Shown here in pieces: positions 9,632 through 19,594 of a DNA stretch of 64,000 nt. Under the pieces are notes generated by a model. That model saw nothing but the letters and a program-made list of their open reading frames with translations. It ran no database searches and had not been told where the DNA came from. Every line of letters starts with the position of its first letter. Position 1 is the first letter of the stretch. The stretch is from an uncultured Gammaproteobacteria bacterium (GTDB lineage: Bacteria > Patescibacteriota > Patescibacteriia > UBA9934): NCBI GenBank assembly GCA_964344415.1, contig CAYFMS010000002.1:64142-128141 (forward strand), in the 5' to 3' direction. The translations under genes were made by a program, and so were the position numbers.

Positions 9632-9658
9632 AAAAAAACCGCGCTTTGTTCAGCGCGG
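9632..9658 (-). terminator. rho-independent terminator for the 9685..10269 gene
   Basis: On the minus strand: CCGCGCT-GAACAA-AGCGCGG hairpin followed by T7. Confidence 0.55.
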
Positions 9659-9684
9659 TGTACGTACGAGATGGGTCTGTGAGA

Positions 9685-10269
9685 TCACTTTTCGGGAAGT
9701 GACCTACCCTGATTCGTGATCTGTGGCCTGGGCACTTCCGATACCAGCCCCTCTTTCGACGGATCGAGCTGCGATGTGTCGATTTCGAGCTTCAGCCCGC
9801 CGCGGATGACTTCGAATCTCACTTGCTCGGATTCCGCATGGGTGTCCGAGGCTGATTCGAGAGAAAGCGCGCGTAGCCCATTCGCTTCGATGTATGTGGT
9901 GATGAACCACTCAATCATTTTCTTGTCTGCATCGATTGGAAAGCATTTGAGGAATACTCTGCCATGACCCTGTCGAATGACTTCGATAGTCCAGCTTGCG
10001 GCCTCGATCTCCGCCTCCACGATATCACCATCGATGGGGATGAACTCATGTACCGGCCTTGCAGAGCGCAATGTTTTTTCGGCAATCCCTCCGAACAGGA
10101 TGGGCAGGGTCATGATCAAGATGTCCCTGATTGATACGGTGCCTCCGGACATGATGAGTCTGGTAAGCAAAGCGCCGAAAAGTACAGAATAGATGCCAAT
10201 CTGTGCAAGTAACAGACACCAAAGCATTACCAACCTAGACTCTTCAATAAGTCGCATTTTCACCTCCAA
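9685..10269 (-). CDS. membrane protein, hypothetical (N-terminal 2-3 TM plus a soluble C-terminal domain; possibly DUF421/YetF-like); GC-rich relative to its neighbours
   Basis: 194 aa with a GC-rich third codon position, unlike the flanking genes. Confidence 0.45.
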   Translation of the reverse strand: MEVKMRLIEESRLVMLWCLLLAQIGIYSVLFGALLTRLIMSGGTVSIRDILIMTLPILFGGIAEKTLRSARPVHEFIPIDGDIVEAEIEAASWTIEVIRQGHGRVFLKCFPIDADKKMIEWFITTYIEANGLRALSLESASDTHAESEQVRFEVIRGGLKLEIDTSQLDPSKEGLVSEVPRPQITNQGRSLPEK

Positions 10270-10317
10270 AAGTTAGCGACGATTCAATGTATGTCGAAAA
10301 TGTGCAAAAGTCAATAC

Positions 10318-11634
10318 CTATTTTGTAATTTCGATGGAGAAAATGCCATAAGCTTCACCGCGATTTCCAAGGAAATAAAGCGTTTTTCCAGATGCAGAAA
10401 CCCACATATCCTCGACAGATACATTTTCCACAATGGTGTCAGTGTCTCGATCTTCAGCGAGTAGGAATGTATCAAATGCTTCAATGCTATTCTCGTCGGC
10501 AATAAAGAACCTTGCACCGCTTGGGTGGAATGCAACATCATGAATACGATCAGATTGCCGTGTTAAAAACTCGATGGTATTGGTCGACCGGTTGTAGAGA
10601 TTTAATTCGATCTCATCCGAATACAAAATCAGCTCACCGCGGGAAAGTATGTCAAAATCTGTGGCATCGGCTTTAAATCGAATAGGAGTTTCGGCACGTA
10701 AGTCGATTGTGTAGAGCTGACCATGATTATTTGAAAGCAAAATAAAGTTGTTAATGAGCGCCTCGATCTGATAGTCACCGCGCGGCAAAATCGTAATAAA
10801 ATTAGACCCATCATTTGTATCTCTAATAAGCGTCAAATTTCCGCCCTGTATTTCTGTACGCAACAATTCACTGTCGTTTAGGCGCAATAGAACATCGTCG
10901 GCCAGGGTCTCGATAGTGCGGTCGTCAATATTCATTTCACTGGTAGAATCCTCGTCATCAAGGTAGAGAAAATGATCAATGCTTGGATGCCAGCTTGCAG
11001 ATATGATTTGATCCGGCATTTCTTCAGGGAGTACTAACTCTTTCCCGTCATCGGTGTAGACGGCAATAGTATTCGATCCCAGAACAGATATATGATTTCC
11101 ATCCGCGGACCAGTCGATAGCGATATCTTCTGGCGCCATTGCCAGTCTGCCGATATTCTTCACATCTTGATTTTTCAATTTCATGAGCCAGACATCGGTC
11201 CAGCCGGCCTCTTGTGTGCTGTAAACAATATGCGTTCCCTTCGGGTGTACGGAGAGGGCGCCCGGCGGAGTCGTTATGAGTTCGGGTTCATTGTCGAGTA
11301 GAAGAAGCGCGTCTTGAATATATGTTGTGATGCCTTCTTGAATATCGACCTTGCCCGTCCAAGGATGATAATTGTCTTTTGCTAGCTCGACGATATATTC
11401 GCCGGACGCGAGCCGCTTAAACACTTGCTGTGTCTGTTCATCTGTATAGCTTCCATTCAAAAAAATCATTGCATTTCTTGGTGCAGAAGTGATGGAGAGG
11501 CCGCCAGATCGAATGACTTGCCCCGCTTTTAAATTGTATCGATAGCCAGCCGTGTATAAAACAAGGAGTGGCGCTGCGATAAAAAAGAAAAGGGAAAAGA
11601 TAATAAAAAGCGCCGTGCGAAATCGTAAACTCAT
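10318..11634 (-). CDS. membrane-anchored periplasmic protein with a PEGA-like domain and a TolB-like beta-propeller
   Basis: N-terminal TM, PEGA-type motif 'YIVELAKDNYHPWTGKV', and repeated propeller-like 'DWSADGNHISV' and 'SWHPSIDHFLY' blades. Start taken at the internal ATG 'MSLRF' (complement of 11632-11634). Confidence 0.5.
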   Translation of the reverse strand: MSLRFRTALFIIFSLFFFIAAPLLVLYTAGYRYNLKAGQVIRSGGLSITSAPRNAMIFLNGSYTDEQTQQVFKRLASGEYIVELAKDNYHPWTGKVDIQEGITTYIQDALLLLDNEPELITTPPGALSVHPKGTHIVYSTQEAGWTDVWLMKLKNQDVKNIGRLAMAPEDIAIDWSADGNHISVLGSNTIAVYTDDGKELVLPEEMPDQIISASWHPSIDHFLYLDDEDSTSEMNIDDRTIETLADDVLLRLNDSELLRTEIQGGNLTLIRDTNDGSNFITILPRGDYQIEALINNFILLSNNHGQLYTIDLRAETPIRFKADATDFDILSRGELILYSDEIELNLYNRSTNTIEFLTRQSDRIHDVAFHPSGARFFIADENSIEAFDTFLLAEDRDTDTIVENVSVEDMWVSASGKTLYFLGNRGEAYGIFSIEITK

Positions 11635-11701
11635 ATTGCTGTTATGATACCAAGGTTTGATGATGTTGTGGATAAGCGGCACTGTGATAGAATGGGCGGG
11701 T

Positions 11702-12937
11702 ATGAAGGAGTTTTTAAAGCGGATAAAGGAAAAAATTTCGCCAAGTATACTCATTTTCGTTATCACATTGATGGTGGCAGTCTTTTATGTTGGATTTGCA
11801 GCGGGTGCAATGGTCGAATCAAATACGAACGGGCAGGTGTCGATTGGAGATTTAGTAAATCGAGATAATCGTGATTTTTATTCTGAAGACGTAGATTTTA
11901 ATCTCTTTTGGCAGGTTTGGGATGTGGTAAAGGAATCATATCTTGAACAGCCAGTTCCGGACCTCGATCTATTTTATGGATCGCTTCATGGAATGGTTGA
12001 GGGGTTAAATGATCCGTATTCTGTTTTCTTTGATCCTGAAGAAACCGAGGAATTTAATCAGGATCTTGATGGAACATTCTTTGGAATTGGTGCGGAAATC
12101 GGCATGCGGGACGATGTGGTTGTCGTTGAAGCTCCACTTCCGAATAGTCCGGCGAGCCAGGCGGGCGTGCTCGCCGGCGACATCATCCTTGCGGTTGATG
12201 GCGAAGATACATTCGGTTGGTCCGTCTACGATGCTGTGCAGAATATCCGCGGTGAACGCGGCGTTCCTGTGACATTGACTTTGCTTGCAGAATCAGATGA
12301 TCAACCGCGAGACATTGTTATCGTTCGTGACGAGATCGTGATCGACAGCGTTGAATGGGAAATCCGTGATGATGAAATAGCAATTGTCAGCGTATCCATG
12401 TTCAATTCGGACACCAATCGATTATTCAATCAGGCTGTTCAGGACATCTTGCGCGAGAATCCACAAGGGCTTATTATCGATGTAAGAAATAATCGCGGAG
12501 GATTGCTAGACGCAGTGATTCGCATGGCCGACTTCTGGATTGACGACGATGTTGTTGTCGTTGAACGTATGAAGGATTCAGAATTCACATTGCAAACAAA
12601 TCCCGGTTCCGTGCTTGCCGATATCCCAACCGTTGTTTTGATTAATGGCGGAAGTGCATCTGCGTCAGAAATTCTGGCGGGAGCTTTGCAGGATTATGGC
12701 CTCGCAACACTCATTGGCCAAACAAGCTTCGGAAAAGGAGTCGTTCAAGAGTATCAAGAGTTCTCGAATGGATCAGCTGTTAAAATAACAGTGGCGGAAT
12801 GGCTTACTCCAAAAGGACGAGCAATTAATGAAGTAGGAATTGAACCAGATATTCAGGTTGAATTCACAGTAGACGATTTCAATGAAGGAAAAACACCACA
12901 ACTCGACGCGGCGATTGATTACCTCACGGGGCGGTAA
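11702..12937 (+). CDS. ctpA: carboxyl-terminal processing protease (S41) with a PDZ domain
   Basis: S41 signatures 'NGGSASASEILAGALQD' and 'TLIGQTSFGKG', a PDZ region and an N-terminal TM. Confidence 0.8.
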   Translation: MKEFLKRIKEKISPSILIFVITLMVAVFYVGFAAGAMVESNTNGQVSIGDLVNRDNRDFYSEDVDFNLFWQVWDVVKESYLEQPVPDLDLFYGSLHGMVEGLNDPYSVFFDPEETEEFNQDLDGTFFGIGAEIGMRDDVVVVEAPLPNSPASQAGVLAGDIILAVDGEDTFGWSVYDAVQNIRGERGVPVTLTLLAESDDQPRDIVIVRDEIVIDSVEWEIRDDEIAIVSVSMFNSDTNRLFNQAVQDILRENPQGLIIDVRNNRGGLLDAVIRMADFWIDDDVVVVERMKDSEFTLQTNPGSVLADIPTVVLINGGSASASEILAGALQDYGLATLIGQTSFGKGVVQEYQEFSNGSAVKITVAEWLTPKGRAINEVGIEPDIQVEFTVDDFNEGKTPQLDAAIDYLTGR

Positions 12938-13427
12938 AAAACGCGAGCATTCTCGAATAGAGGTTTCCGCCGGCGGTATTGTGTTTAAAAAAACTCGGCG
13001 GGGGATCTTTTTTGCAATGCTTAAGGACTCTTATGGAAAATGGACATTTCCAAAAGGGCATGTCAGGCGCGGCGAATCGCATGAAAAAGCTGCCGAGAGA
13101 GAAGTTGGCGAGGAAATGGGTATTCATAATATGCATCGCATAAAAAAACTCGGCACCATCGATATTTGGTTCCGTGATCGTTTTGTTTTCAAAGGAAAGC
13201 TTATTCACAAATATATTCACTATTTTCTTTTTGAGGTGACAGATAATATTCGGCTTCGACCGCCCAAGCCTAAAAAAGGTGGCGAGAAGATTCAGGGCGT
13301 TGCCTGGGTCCCGGCGCAAGATGTCATGAATCGCTCCAATTATAAAGACATGAAAACAATTATCCACCGAGCATTCGACCACTTAAACTTAGAAGTGAAG
13401 GAAAAAAAGCGAAAGATTTTTAAATAA
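12882..13427 (+). CDS. NUDIX hydrolase
   Basis: Nudix box 'GHVRRGESHEKAAEREVGEEMGI'. The 5' end is uncertain: the ATG at 12882 overlaps ctpA by 56 nt. Confidence 0.7.
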   Translation: MKEKHHNSTRRLITSRGGKKREHSRIEVSAGGIVFKKTRRGIFFAMLKDSYGKWTFPKGHVRRGESHEKAAEREVGEEMGIHNMHRIKKLGTIDIWFRDRFVFKGKLIHKYIHYFLFEVTDNIRLRPPKPKKGGEKIQGVAWVPAQDVMNRSNYKDMKTIIHRAFDHLNLEVKEKKRKIFK

Positions 13428-13496
13428 GTTTTCTTACATTCATATTTTTGCTAAGCTGATGCGAGTACACAGAAAAACCAAATGATTGAGTGAAGT

Positions 13497-13934
13497 ATGA
13501 AAGTCATTTTACTGGAAGATGTAAAACAACTTGGATTGAAGGGAGACGTTGTCACTGTGGCCGAAGGGTATGCTCGGAATTTTTTGTTTCCGCAGCATTT
13601 GGCGGTCGAAGCGACGGAAGGAAAGGTGAGGCAAATGAAAGAAAAAGAAGAAGCGGAAAATCGTCGTAAGAAAAAGGAAAAGAAAGGCGAGCGGCAGCTT
13701 GCGGCAAATTTGGATGGACAGGAAGTGATCATTCAAGCGAAAGCGGACGGTATCACGCTATACGCAGCTATTTCTCCAAAAGATGTCGCAAAACAGCTCA
13801 AAAATCTCGGATTTTCTGTAAAATCGGACCTTATAAAAATGGATGTTATAAAAGAAACGGGGGAATATGAAGCGTCAATTCAATTCTCATCAGGTTTCGA
13901 ATCTCATATTCAAATAATTGTTGAAGCAGCATAA
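13497..13934 (+). CDS. rplI: 50S ribosomal protein L9
   Basis: '[37 protein letters not shown]' matches the L9 N-terminal domain; 145 aa. Confidence 0.9.
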   Translation: MKVILLEDVKQLGLKGDVVTVAEGYARNFLFPQHLAVEATEGKVRQMKEKEEAENRRKKKEKKGERQLAANLDGQEVIIQAKADGITLYAAISPKDVAKQLKNLGFSVKSDLIKMDVIKETGEYEASIQFSSGFESHIQIIVEAA

Positions 13935-13938
13935 AACT

Positions 13939-15564
13939 ATGGATCATAAATTTGTCTTTATTGTAGGAGGGGTAATGAGTGGAGTTGGAAAAGGGACGTC
14001 GACGGCGGCGCTGGCCCTAACGCTAAAGTCAAAAGGGGTGAATGTAACGGCGATAAAGATTGATCCATATGTGAATGTCGATGCCGGAACAATGAATCCG
14101 GTGGAGCATGGTGAAGTATTTGTGACGGTTGATGGCGATGAGACAGATCAGGATATTGGTACATATGAACGATATTTGAATGTCGACATTACGCGAACGA
14201 ATTACATGACAACAGGGCGTGTTTATCAATCTGTGATTGAGCGCGAGCGTAATTTGGAATATGGCGGTAAATGCGTGGAGGTTGTCCCGCATGTCCCGCA
14301 AGAAGTGATTCGACGTATTGAAACAGCGGCACATGATGCAAATGCAGATATCACACTTATCGAGGTCGGTGGTACGGTTGGTGAGTATCAGAATATTCTT
14401 TTTCTTGAAGCTGCGAGAATGATGGCGATGCGCTATCCGGGAAAGGTTGGTTTTGTTCTTGTGAGTTATTTACCAATTCCTCCGTCCATCGGTGAAATGA
14501 AAACAAAACCGACGCAATATGCGGTGCGGACACTTAATAGTGCTGGTATTCAGCCTGATTTTATTATTGCGCGTAGTGTTCGAGCTCTTGACGAACCTCG
14601 GCAGGAAAAAATCGCCCAGTTCTGTGGCGTGCCAAAAAATCGAGTGATTGCAGCACCGGATGCTCGCAGTGTCTATGATATTCCAGAAGAATTTGAAAGG
14701 CAGCATTTTGCTGATTCTGTTCTTGATTTATTTGATATGAATCCTGAGGGGGGCGAGGGGCTTGAAAAATGGCGTGATTTCACTCGTCGCGCAACGGAAG
14801 CGACAGATGAGGTGCAGATTGGCGTTATCGGAAAGTATTTTTCAACAGGAGATTTTACACTTTCAGACGTATATATTTCAGTTCTTGAAGCGATTAAACA
14901 TGCTGCAGCTTCTCACAATGTAAAGGCTAAAATTGCGTGGCTTAATAGTGAGGAATATGAAAAGAATCCTGAGAAGCTTGAAGAATTAAAAAATTATCAG
15001 GGCATTTTGATTCCTGGGGGGTTTGGCTCGCGTGGAATCGAGGGGAAGATTGCAGCCATAGAATATGTGAGAAAAAATAAGATCCCGTATCTTGGGCTTT
15101 GTTATGGTATGCAATGCGCGGTTATTGAATATGCTCGTAATGTAGCGGGGCTTGCCGATGCGAATACGACGGAAATCAATGAACAAACACCGCATCCGGT
15201 TATTCATTTGCAAGAAGGGCAGGAAGACAATGTGGATGGTGGAAAAATGGGTGGAACAATGCGACTGGGGTCCTATCCTTGTGCACTGGCGCCAGATACG
15301 GTTGCGCGACGCGTGTATGGAAGTGAGGAAATTTCAGAACGTCATCGGCATCGATATGAATTTAATAATGCATATCGTGATCAATTGAAGGAAGCGGGCC
15401 TCGTTATTTCAGGTAGCTCGCCAGATAATCATTTTGTAGAAATTGTAGAAATAAAGGATCATCCATTTTTTGTAGGTGTTCAATTCCACCCAGAATTTCA
15501 ATCAAGGCCCTTGTCCGCTCATCCGCTCTTCGCAGGATTTATCAAGGCTGCAAAAGAATTATGA
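13939..15564 (+). CDS. pyrG: CTP synthase
   Basis: 'KFVFIVGGVMSGVGKGTSTAALALTLK' N-terminus and a C-terminal glutamine amidotransferase region ('GLCYGMQCAVIEYARN'); about 540 aa. Confidence 0.95.
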   Translation: MDHKFVFIVGGVMSGVGKGTSTAALALTLKSKGVNVTAIKIDPYVNVDAGTMNPVEHGEVFVTVDGDETDQDIGTYERYLNVDITRTNYMTTGRVYQSVIERERNLEYGGKCVEVVPHVPQEVIRRIETAAHDANADITLIEVGGTVGEYQNILFLEAARMMAMRYPGKVGFVLVSYLPIPPSIGEMKTKPTQYAVRTLNSAGIQPDFIIARSVRALDEPRQEKIAQFCGVPKNRVIAAPDARSVYDIPEEFERQHFADSVLDLFDMNPEGGEGLEKWRDFTRRATEATDEVQIGVIGKYFSTGDFTLSDVYISVLEAIKHAAASHNVKAKIAWLNSEEYEKNPEKLEELKNYQGILIPGGFGSRGIEGKIAAIEYVRKNKIPYLGLCYGMQCAVIEYARNVAGLADANTTEINEQTPHPVIHLQEGQEDNVDGGKMGGTMRLGSYPCALAPDTVARRVYGSEEISERHRHRYEFNNAYRDQLKEAGLVISGSSPDNHFVEIVEIKDHPFFVGVQFHPEFQSRPLSAHPLFAGFIKAAKEL

Positions 15565-16910
15565 ATATAATACTTGGTATTTTATCCGGAGGATCGGGTA
15601 CCAGACTTTGGCCGCTTTCTCGAAAGAGATTCCCGAAACAATTTCATGATTTGGCAGGAACCGGCAATCCCTTGCTTGTTGATACCATTGATCGATTGAT
15701 GCCACTTGGAAAGCCGGTTATTTTGACGGGCGAACATTTACGGGCGCCGACAATGACAATGCTGCATCGTATGGGGCGATCGGACCTTGATTTGGTAATT
15801 GAACCAGCTGCAAAGGATACGGCTCCCGCTATTGCTCTTTTGACAAAGCAAGCTCTTGATGAAGATGCGGATGCGATTGTGGGTATTTTTCCTGCCGACC
15901 ATGCAATTACGGATGTGGAAGGATTCCGTAAAACAATTCAGAAGGCAATTGATGTAGCGGGTCGAAATCGGGCCATTGTAACCGTTGGAATTAAGCCAAA
16001 TCATCCGGCGACGAATTATGGATATATAAAAACGAATGGTGACGGCGATGCTTTGCAAGTCAAATCGTTTATTGAAAAACCCGATCTTGCAAAGGCAGAG
16101 GATTTGATCAGAGATGAACATGTTTTTTGGAATGCTGGGATATTTATTTTCCCCGCGAAGAAAATGGCAGACCTTTTCAAAGAGCATGCGCCAGAAATCT
16201 GGAATGGCATCGAGGCAGGACAAAATTGGGATGAAATGCCGAGCATTAGCATTGATTATGCTGTTATGGAAAAGGCGAATGATTTGCTTTGCGTTCCAGC
16301 TGAATTCGATTGGACGGATCTTGGTAGTTGGGAAGAGATTGCTTTGCGGCGCGGAAGTTCAGACACGCTCATAGGAATCGAATCGAAAGGGGCTGTTTTC
16401 CGGCATCTGCATCCAATGCAGAAAACGGCTGTGATTGTCGGTGTGGATGATGTGATTGTCATTGATACGCCAGACGCTCTTCTTGTTATGAAGTCTGGTG
16501 AAGGACAGACATTGAAAAAGGCGGGCGCTGAGCTGAAAGAAAAATCAGATGCGCAATTGCATGAACATCGTTTTGAAGAACGTCCATGGGGCCGATTCGA
16601 GGTTCTGCTTGATACAGATAATTTTAAAAGTAAACGTCTTGTTCTCTTTCCCGAGAAACAGTTTTCTTATCAGAGGCATGCTCGGCGTAAAGAGCATTGG
16701 ACGATTGTAAAAGGGTCGGCGCGTGTTCGGCTCGATGATGAATGGACAGATTTGAATGCTGGAGATTCCGTTACGATCGAGAAAGGTCAGAAACATCAGC
16801 TTTATAATCCATCTAAAACAGAAATGCTCGAAGTGATCGAGGTTCAGACAGGCGATTATTTTGGCGAGGATGACATCGAACGCTTCGAGGACGACTTCGG
16901 CCGCGCTTAG
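15561..16910 (+). CDS. manC: mannose-1-phosphate guanylyltransferase / mannose-6-phosphate isomerase (bifunctional ManC/CpsB-type)
   Basis: N-terminal nucleotidyltransferase 'ILSGGSGTRLWPLSRKRFPKQF' and a C-terminal cupin; ATGA overlap with pyrG. Confidence 0.85.
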   Translation: MNIILGILSGGSGTRLWPLSRKRFPKQFHDLAGTGNPLLVDTIDRLMPLGKPVILTGEHLRAPTMTMLHRMGRSDLDLVIEPAAKDTAPAIALLTKQALDEDADAIVGIFPADHAITDVEGFRKTIQKAIDVAGRNRAIVTVGIKPNHPATNYGYIKTNGDGDALQVKSFIEKPDLAKAEDLIRDEHVFWNAGIFIFPAKKMADLFKEHAPEIWNGIEAGQNWDEMPSISIDYAVMEKANDLLCVPAEFDWTDLGSWEEIALRRGSSDTLIGIESKGAVFRHLHPMQKTAVIVGVDDVIVIDTPDALLVMKSGEGQTLKKAGAELKEKSDAQLHEHRFEERPWGRFEVLLDTDNFKSKRLVLFPEKQFSYQRHARRKEHWTIVKGSARVRLDDEWTDLNAGDSVTIEKGQKHQLYNPSKTEMLEVIEVQTGDYFGEDDIERFEDDFGRA

Positions 16911-17488
16911 TGTCGACGAAGCTCATTTAGAAAATTTTCAAATTTATTATCGAAGCTGGTACCGCTTATTTCAACAAGGTTTGGATGCGCGCTCCAGATT
17001 TCTTTCGTGTGTAGGCTGCGCGCGAGGGCCGTTTCATAATCTTCATAGCGCACGGGATTATTCATGACTTTTTCCTCATAAATAGTGCGCGGGGGAAGAT
17101 CGAACCAGAATACTTTGTCATAACGAAGAACATCTTTTTTAATATCGATTCCAGTGAGTGATTCGTATTCTTCATCTCCACCAGGAAGATATGCGATGCC
17201 GTCGAGAATACCTCTATCTGCAATAACATACTGTTTATTCATCTGCTCAGCTCGAATCAATGCAAGGTCTTCTGAAAGCATTTGCTGTTTTGCGAGTAAA
17301 TGCTGAAAACGTCTTTGAATTTCAATATTCACAAATTCCGATCCCTGTATTTCATGCTCTTTTAATATGATCGTTGCAGCTTCGGGAATGAGGAAATAAT
17401 CAGAAAAGTGCTCACGAAGACGACGAATTGTTTTTGTCTTTCCGCTGCAAGGACCTCCGGTAATGACGAATAATTTTGGAATACTCAT
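16907..17488 (-). CDS. P-loop NTPase, AAA_28 / NadR-like kinase-family ATPase
   Basis: Walker A 'ITGGPCSGKTKT'. Start taken at the internal ATG 'MSIPKLF' (complement of 17486-17488). Confidence 0.55.
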   Translation of the reverse strand: MSIPKLFVITGGPCSGKTKTIRRLREHFSDYFLIPEAATIILKEHEIQGSEFVNIEIQRRFQHLLAKQQMLSEDLALIRAEQMNKQYVIADRGILDGIAYLPGGDEEYESLTGIDIKKDVLRYDKVFWFDLPPRTIYEEKVMNNPVRYEDYETALARSLHTKEIWSAHPNLVEISGTSFDNKFENFLNELRRH

Positions 17489-17556
17489 GTGATCATTGTA
17501 CATGAAAGCAAGTATGGATCCTGCTGTGGATATTGGGAATAACATACCAACTTGGA

Positions 17557-17585
17557 TTGACAATGAGGGAAATTGCTGCTAGTCT
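17557..17585 (+). promoter_or_regulatory. promoter TTGACA-N17-TAGTCT, followed by RBS AGGAGG at 17599-17604
   Basis: Consensus -35 and 17-nt spacing; the RBS lies 5 nt before the TTG start at 17610. Confidence 0.4.
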
Positions 17586-17609
17586 GCTCATACCAAATAG
17601 GAGGTCGTT

Positions 17610-17993
17610 TTGCGTGTACATCAGGATTGTATCGACAAAGAAGGTGATGCGTTGGAACGGGATCGTGCAAAGATCGATGTGGGCTACGATAGAGCTCATG
17701 TGATGGGAAAAATCGGAAAATCCACCTTCAATTTCGGCATTGTACTCATCGCGAGCGGTGCAGTTGTGTTCTTTGCTCAGCCATACGTCCCAGAAATGGT
17801 TGCTGCGAATATGGAGACTGCGCGTCAGATTCTCTTCATCAGCATTGTCGTGAACTTTGCTATTGCAGCGCTTTGCTACGTATGCGGCCAGAAGATGTAT
17901 GACAATCTGAGGGTGCGTCGAGAGAGGCATGAGAGGCAGGTGAAGATTTTCGAGGCATACTGCACGGCACGTGATCGTCGTTACGCCTCCTAG
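17610..17993 (+). CDS. small membrane protein (127 aa), hypothetical; GC-rich relative to its neighbours
   Basis: TTG start with a strong AGGAGG RBS; own promoter and own terminator. Confidence 0.45.
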   Translation: MRVHQDCIDKEGDALERDRAKIDVGYDRAHVMGKIGKSTFNFGIVLIASGAVVFFAQPYVPEMVAANMETARQILFISIVVNFAIAALCYVCGQKMYDNLRVRRERHERQVKIFEAYCTARDRRYAS

Positions 17994-18017
17994 GCGTTAC
18001 CCGCCTCACTCAAGCTA

Positions 18018-18052
18018 CTGTCTTATGACAAGTAGTTTTTTATTTTTTAACA
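18018..18052 (+). terminator. rho-independent terminator
   Basis: 'ctactgtcttatgacaagtag' hairpin followed by T6AT6. Confidence 0.6.
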
Positions 18053-18135
18053 AATTAAAGCCCATGACTGCATGTGTGCTTGGGCATTAATGAATACATA
18101 GATGATGTTTTTGCTCGATGTCAAGAAAAATACGG

Positions 18136-18164
18136 TTGACATTCACGTCTAAATCCATCATAAT
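18136..18164 (+). promoter_or_regulatory. atp operon promoter TTGACA-N17-CATAAT
   Basis: Lies about 12 nt upstream of the atpZ-like start. Confidence 0.5.
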
Positions 18165-18175
18165 GCTCGCGATTT

Positions 18176-18409
18176 ATGAAAATGTTTACTTGGCAGCAGA
18201 GAATGGTGATTTGGACGACTGCGATCGGGTCTCTCCTTGTATTTGGAGCAATGGGGTATGGGCTTGATGCCCTTTTTGGAACATGGCCAATTATCTTTGT
18301 TATCGCACTTCTCTTGTCTTTCCCGGTAGCAATAGCGGTTGTTATCAAGCGTCTTCAACCTATTATTAAAAAGGACCTTGCGCGCCTTGAAAAAGAAATC
18401 AAAGAATAG
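18176..18409 (+). CDS. AtpZ/AtpI-like small membrane protein (putative ATP synthase protein I)
   Basis: 77 aa, 2 TM, immediately upstream of atpB; 'GxxLDxxFGTxP' type motif. Confidence 0.55.
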   Translation: MKMFTWQQRMVIWTTAIGSLLVFGAMGYGLDALFGTWPIIFVIALLLSFPVAIAVVIKRLQPIIKKDLARLEKEIKE

Positions 18410-18411
18410 AT

Positions 18412-19218
18412 ATGGCATTTCCAACAGCTGAACTTCCAGAAATTACTCTCGCAGCGCGACCACTTTTTCATATTGGTCCCGTGCCAATTACAGATGCTTT
18501 TTTTGGAGCGGTCCTCGTTTCATTGACGCTTATATTCTTTTCCATTGCGGCAGCACGAAAATTTAGCATTATTCCAACGCGCATTCAGGCACTTTTTGAA
18601 ATGATTGCTGAATATCTTCTCGAACAGCTCGAGGGCGCATTCGGTTCAAAAACAGAGGCTCGAAAATTCTTCCCGCTTGTATTTACACTACTTCTCTTTA
18701 TCGTCGTTGCGAATCAGTTCACGCTTATTCCTCTTATTTTCGAGGTAACACAAGGCGGTCTCGATGTTCTTCGTCAGCCAACATCTGATTTAGCTGGAAC
18801 GATTGCATTGTCTCTCATGGTTATTGTCATTGCGAATATTCTTGCGCTCCGTATCTCACCAATTGGTCATTTGAAAAACTTCTTCCCAATTCACAAAATC
18901 TTTCAAGCTCGCAGTATCGGGGAGCTTTTTAATGCCGGGATTGATATGTTTATTGGTGTTCTAAACATCATCGGTGAATTTGCAAAAATTGTATCGCTTG
19001 CAGCTCGTCTTTTTGGAAATATCTTTGCTGGAAATGTCATGGTCGCGGTTATTGCAAGCCTTGCGGCATTCACGCAATTTATTGTTCCAATTCCATTTAT
19101 TGCCTTGAGCGTATTTTCTGGATTCATTCAGGCATTTGTCTTTATGCTTCTCTCTATGCAATTCATTGCAATGAGCATTGAAGGGGCGAAGCCTGAAATG
19201 GAAGAGGCAATTGCATAG
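18412..19218 (+). CDS. atpB: ATP synthase F0 subunit a
   Basis: 'ARLFGNIFAGNVMV' subunit-a signature with the conserved Arg. Confidence 0.9.
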   Translation: MAFPTAELPEITLAARPLFHIGPVPITDAFFGAVLVSLTLIFFSIAAARKFSIIPTRIQALFEMIAEYLLEQLEGAFGSKTEARKFFPLVFTLLLFIVVANQFTLIPLIFEVTQGGLDVLRQPTSDLAGTIALSLMVIVIANILALRISPIGHLKNFFPIHKIFQARSIGELFNAGIDMFIGVLNIIGEFAKIVSLAARLFGNIFAGNVMVAVIASLAAFTQFIVPIPFIALSVFSGFIQAFVFMLLSMQFIAMSIEGAKPEMEEAIA

Positions 19219-19326
19219 CAGATTGCTATCTCATTCAATGTGTGGATCACATATTGAGCGAGATGTCAATCTCTACAGACTTGACAGGGTGGAATGCTTT
19301 ACTATCATTCCGCGCGTAACATTTAA

Positions 19327-19590
<264 letters not shown>

Positions 19591-19594
19591 ATCT

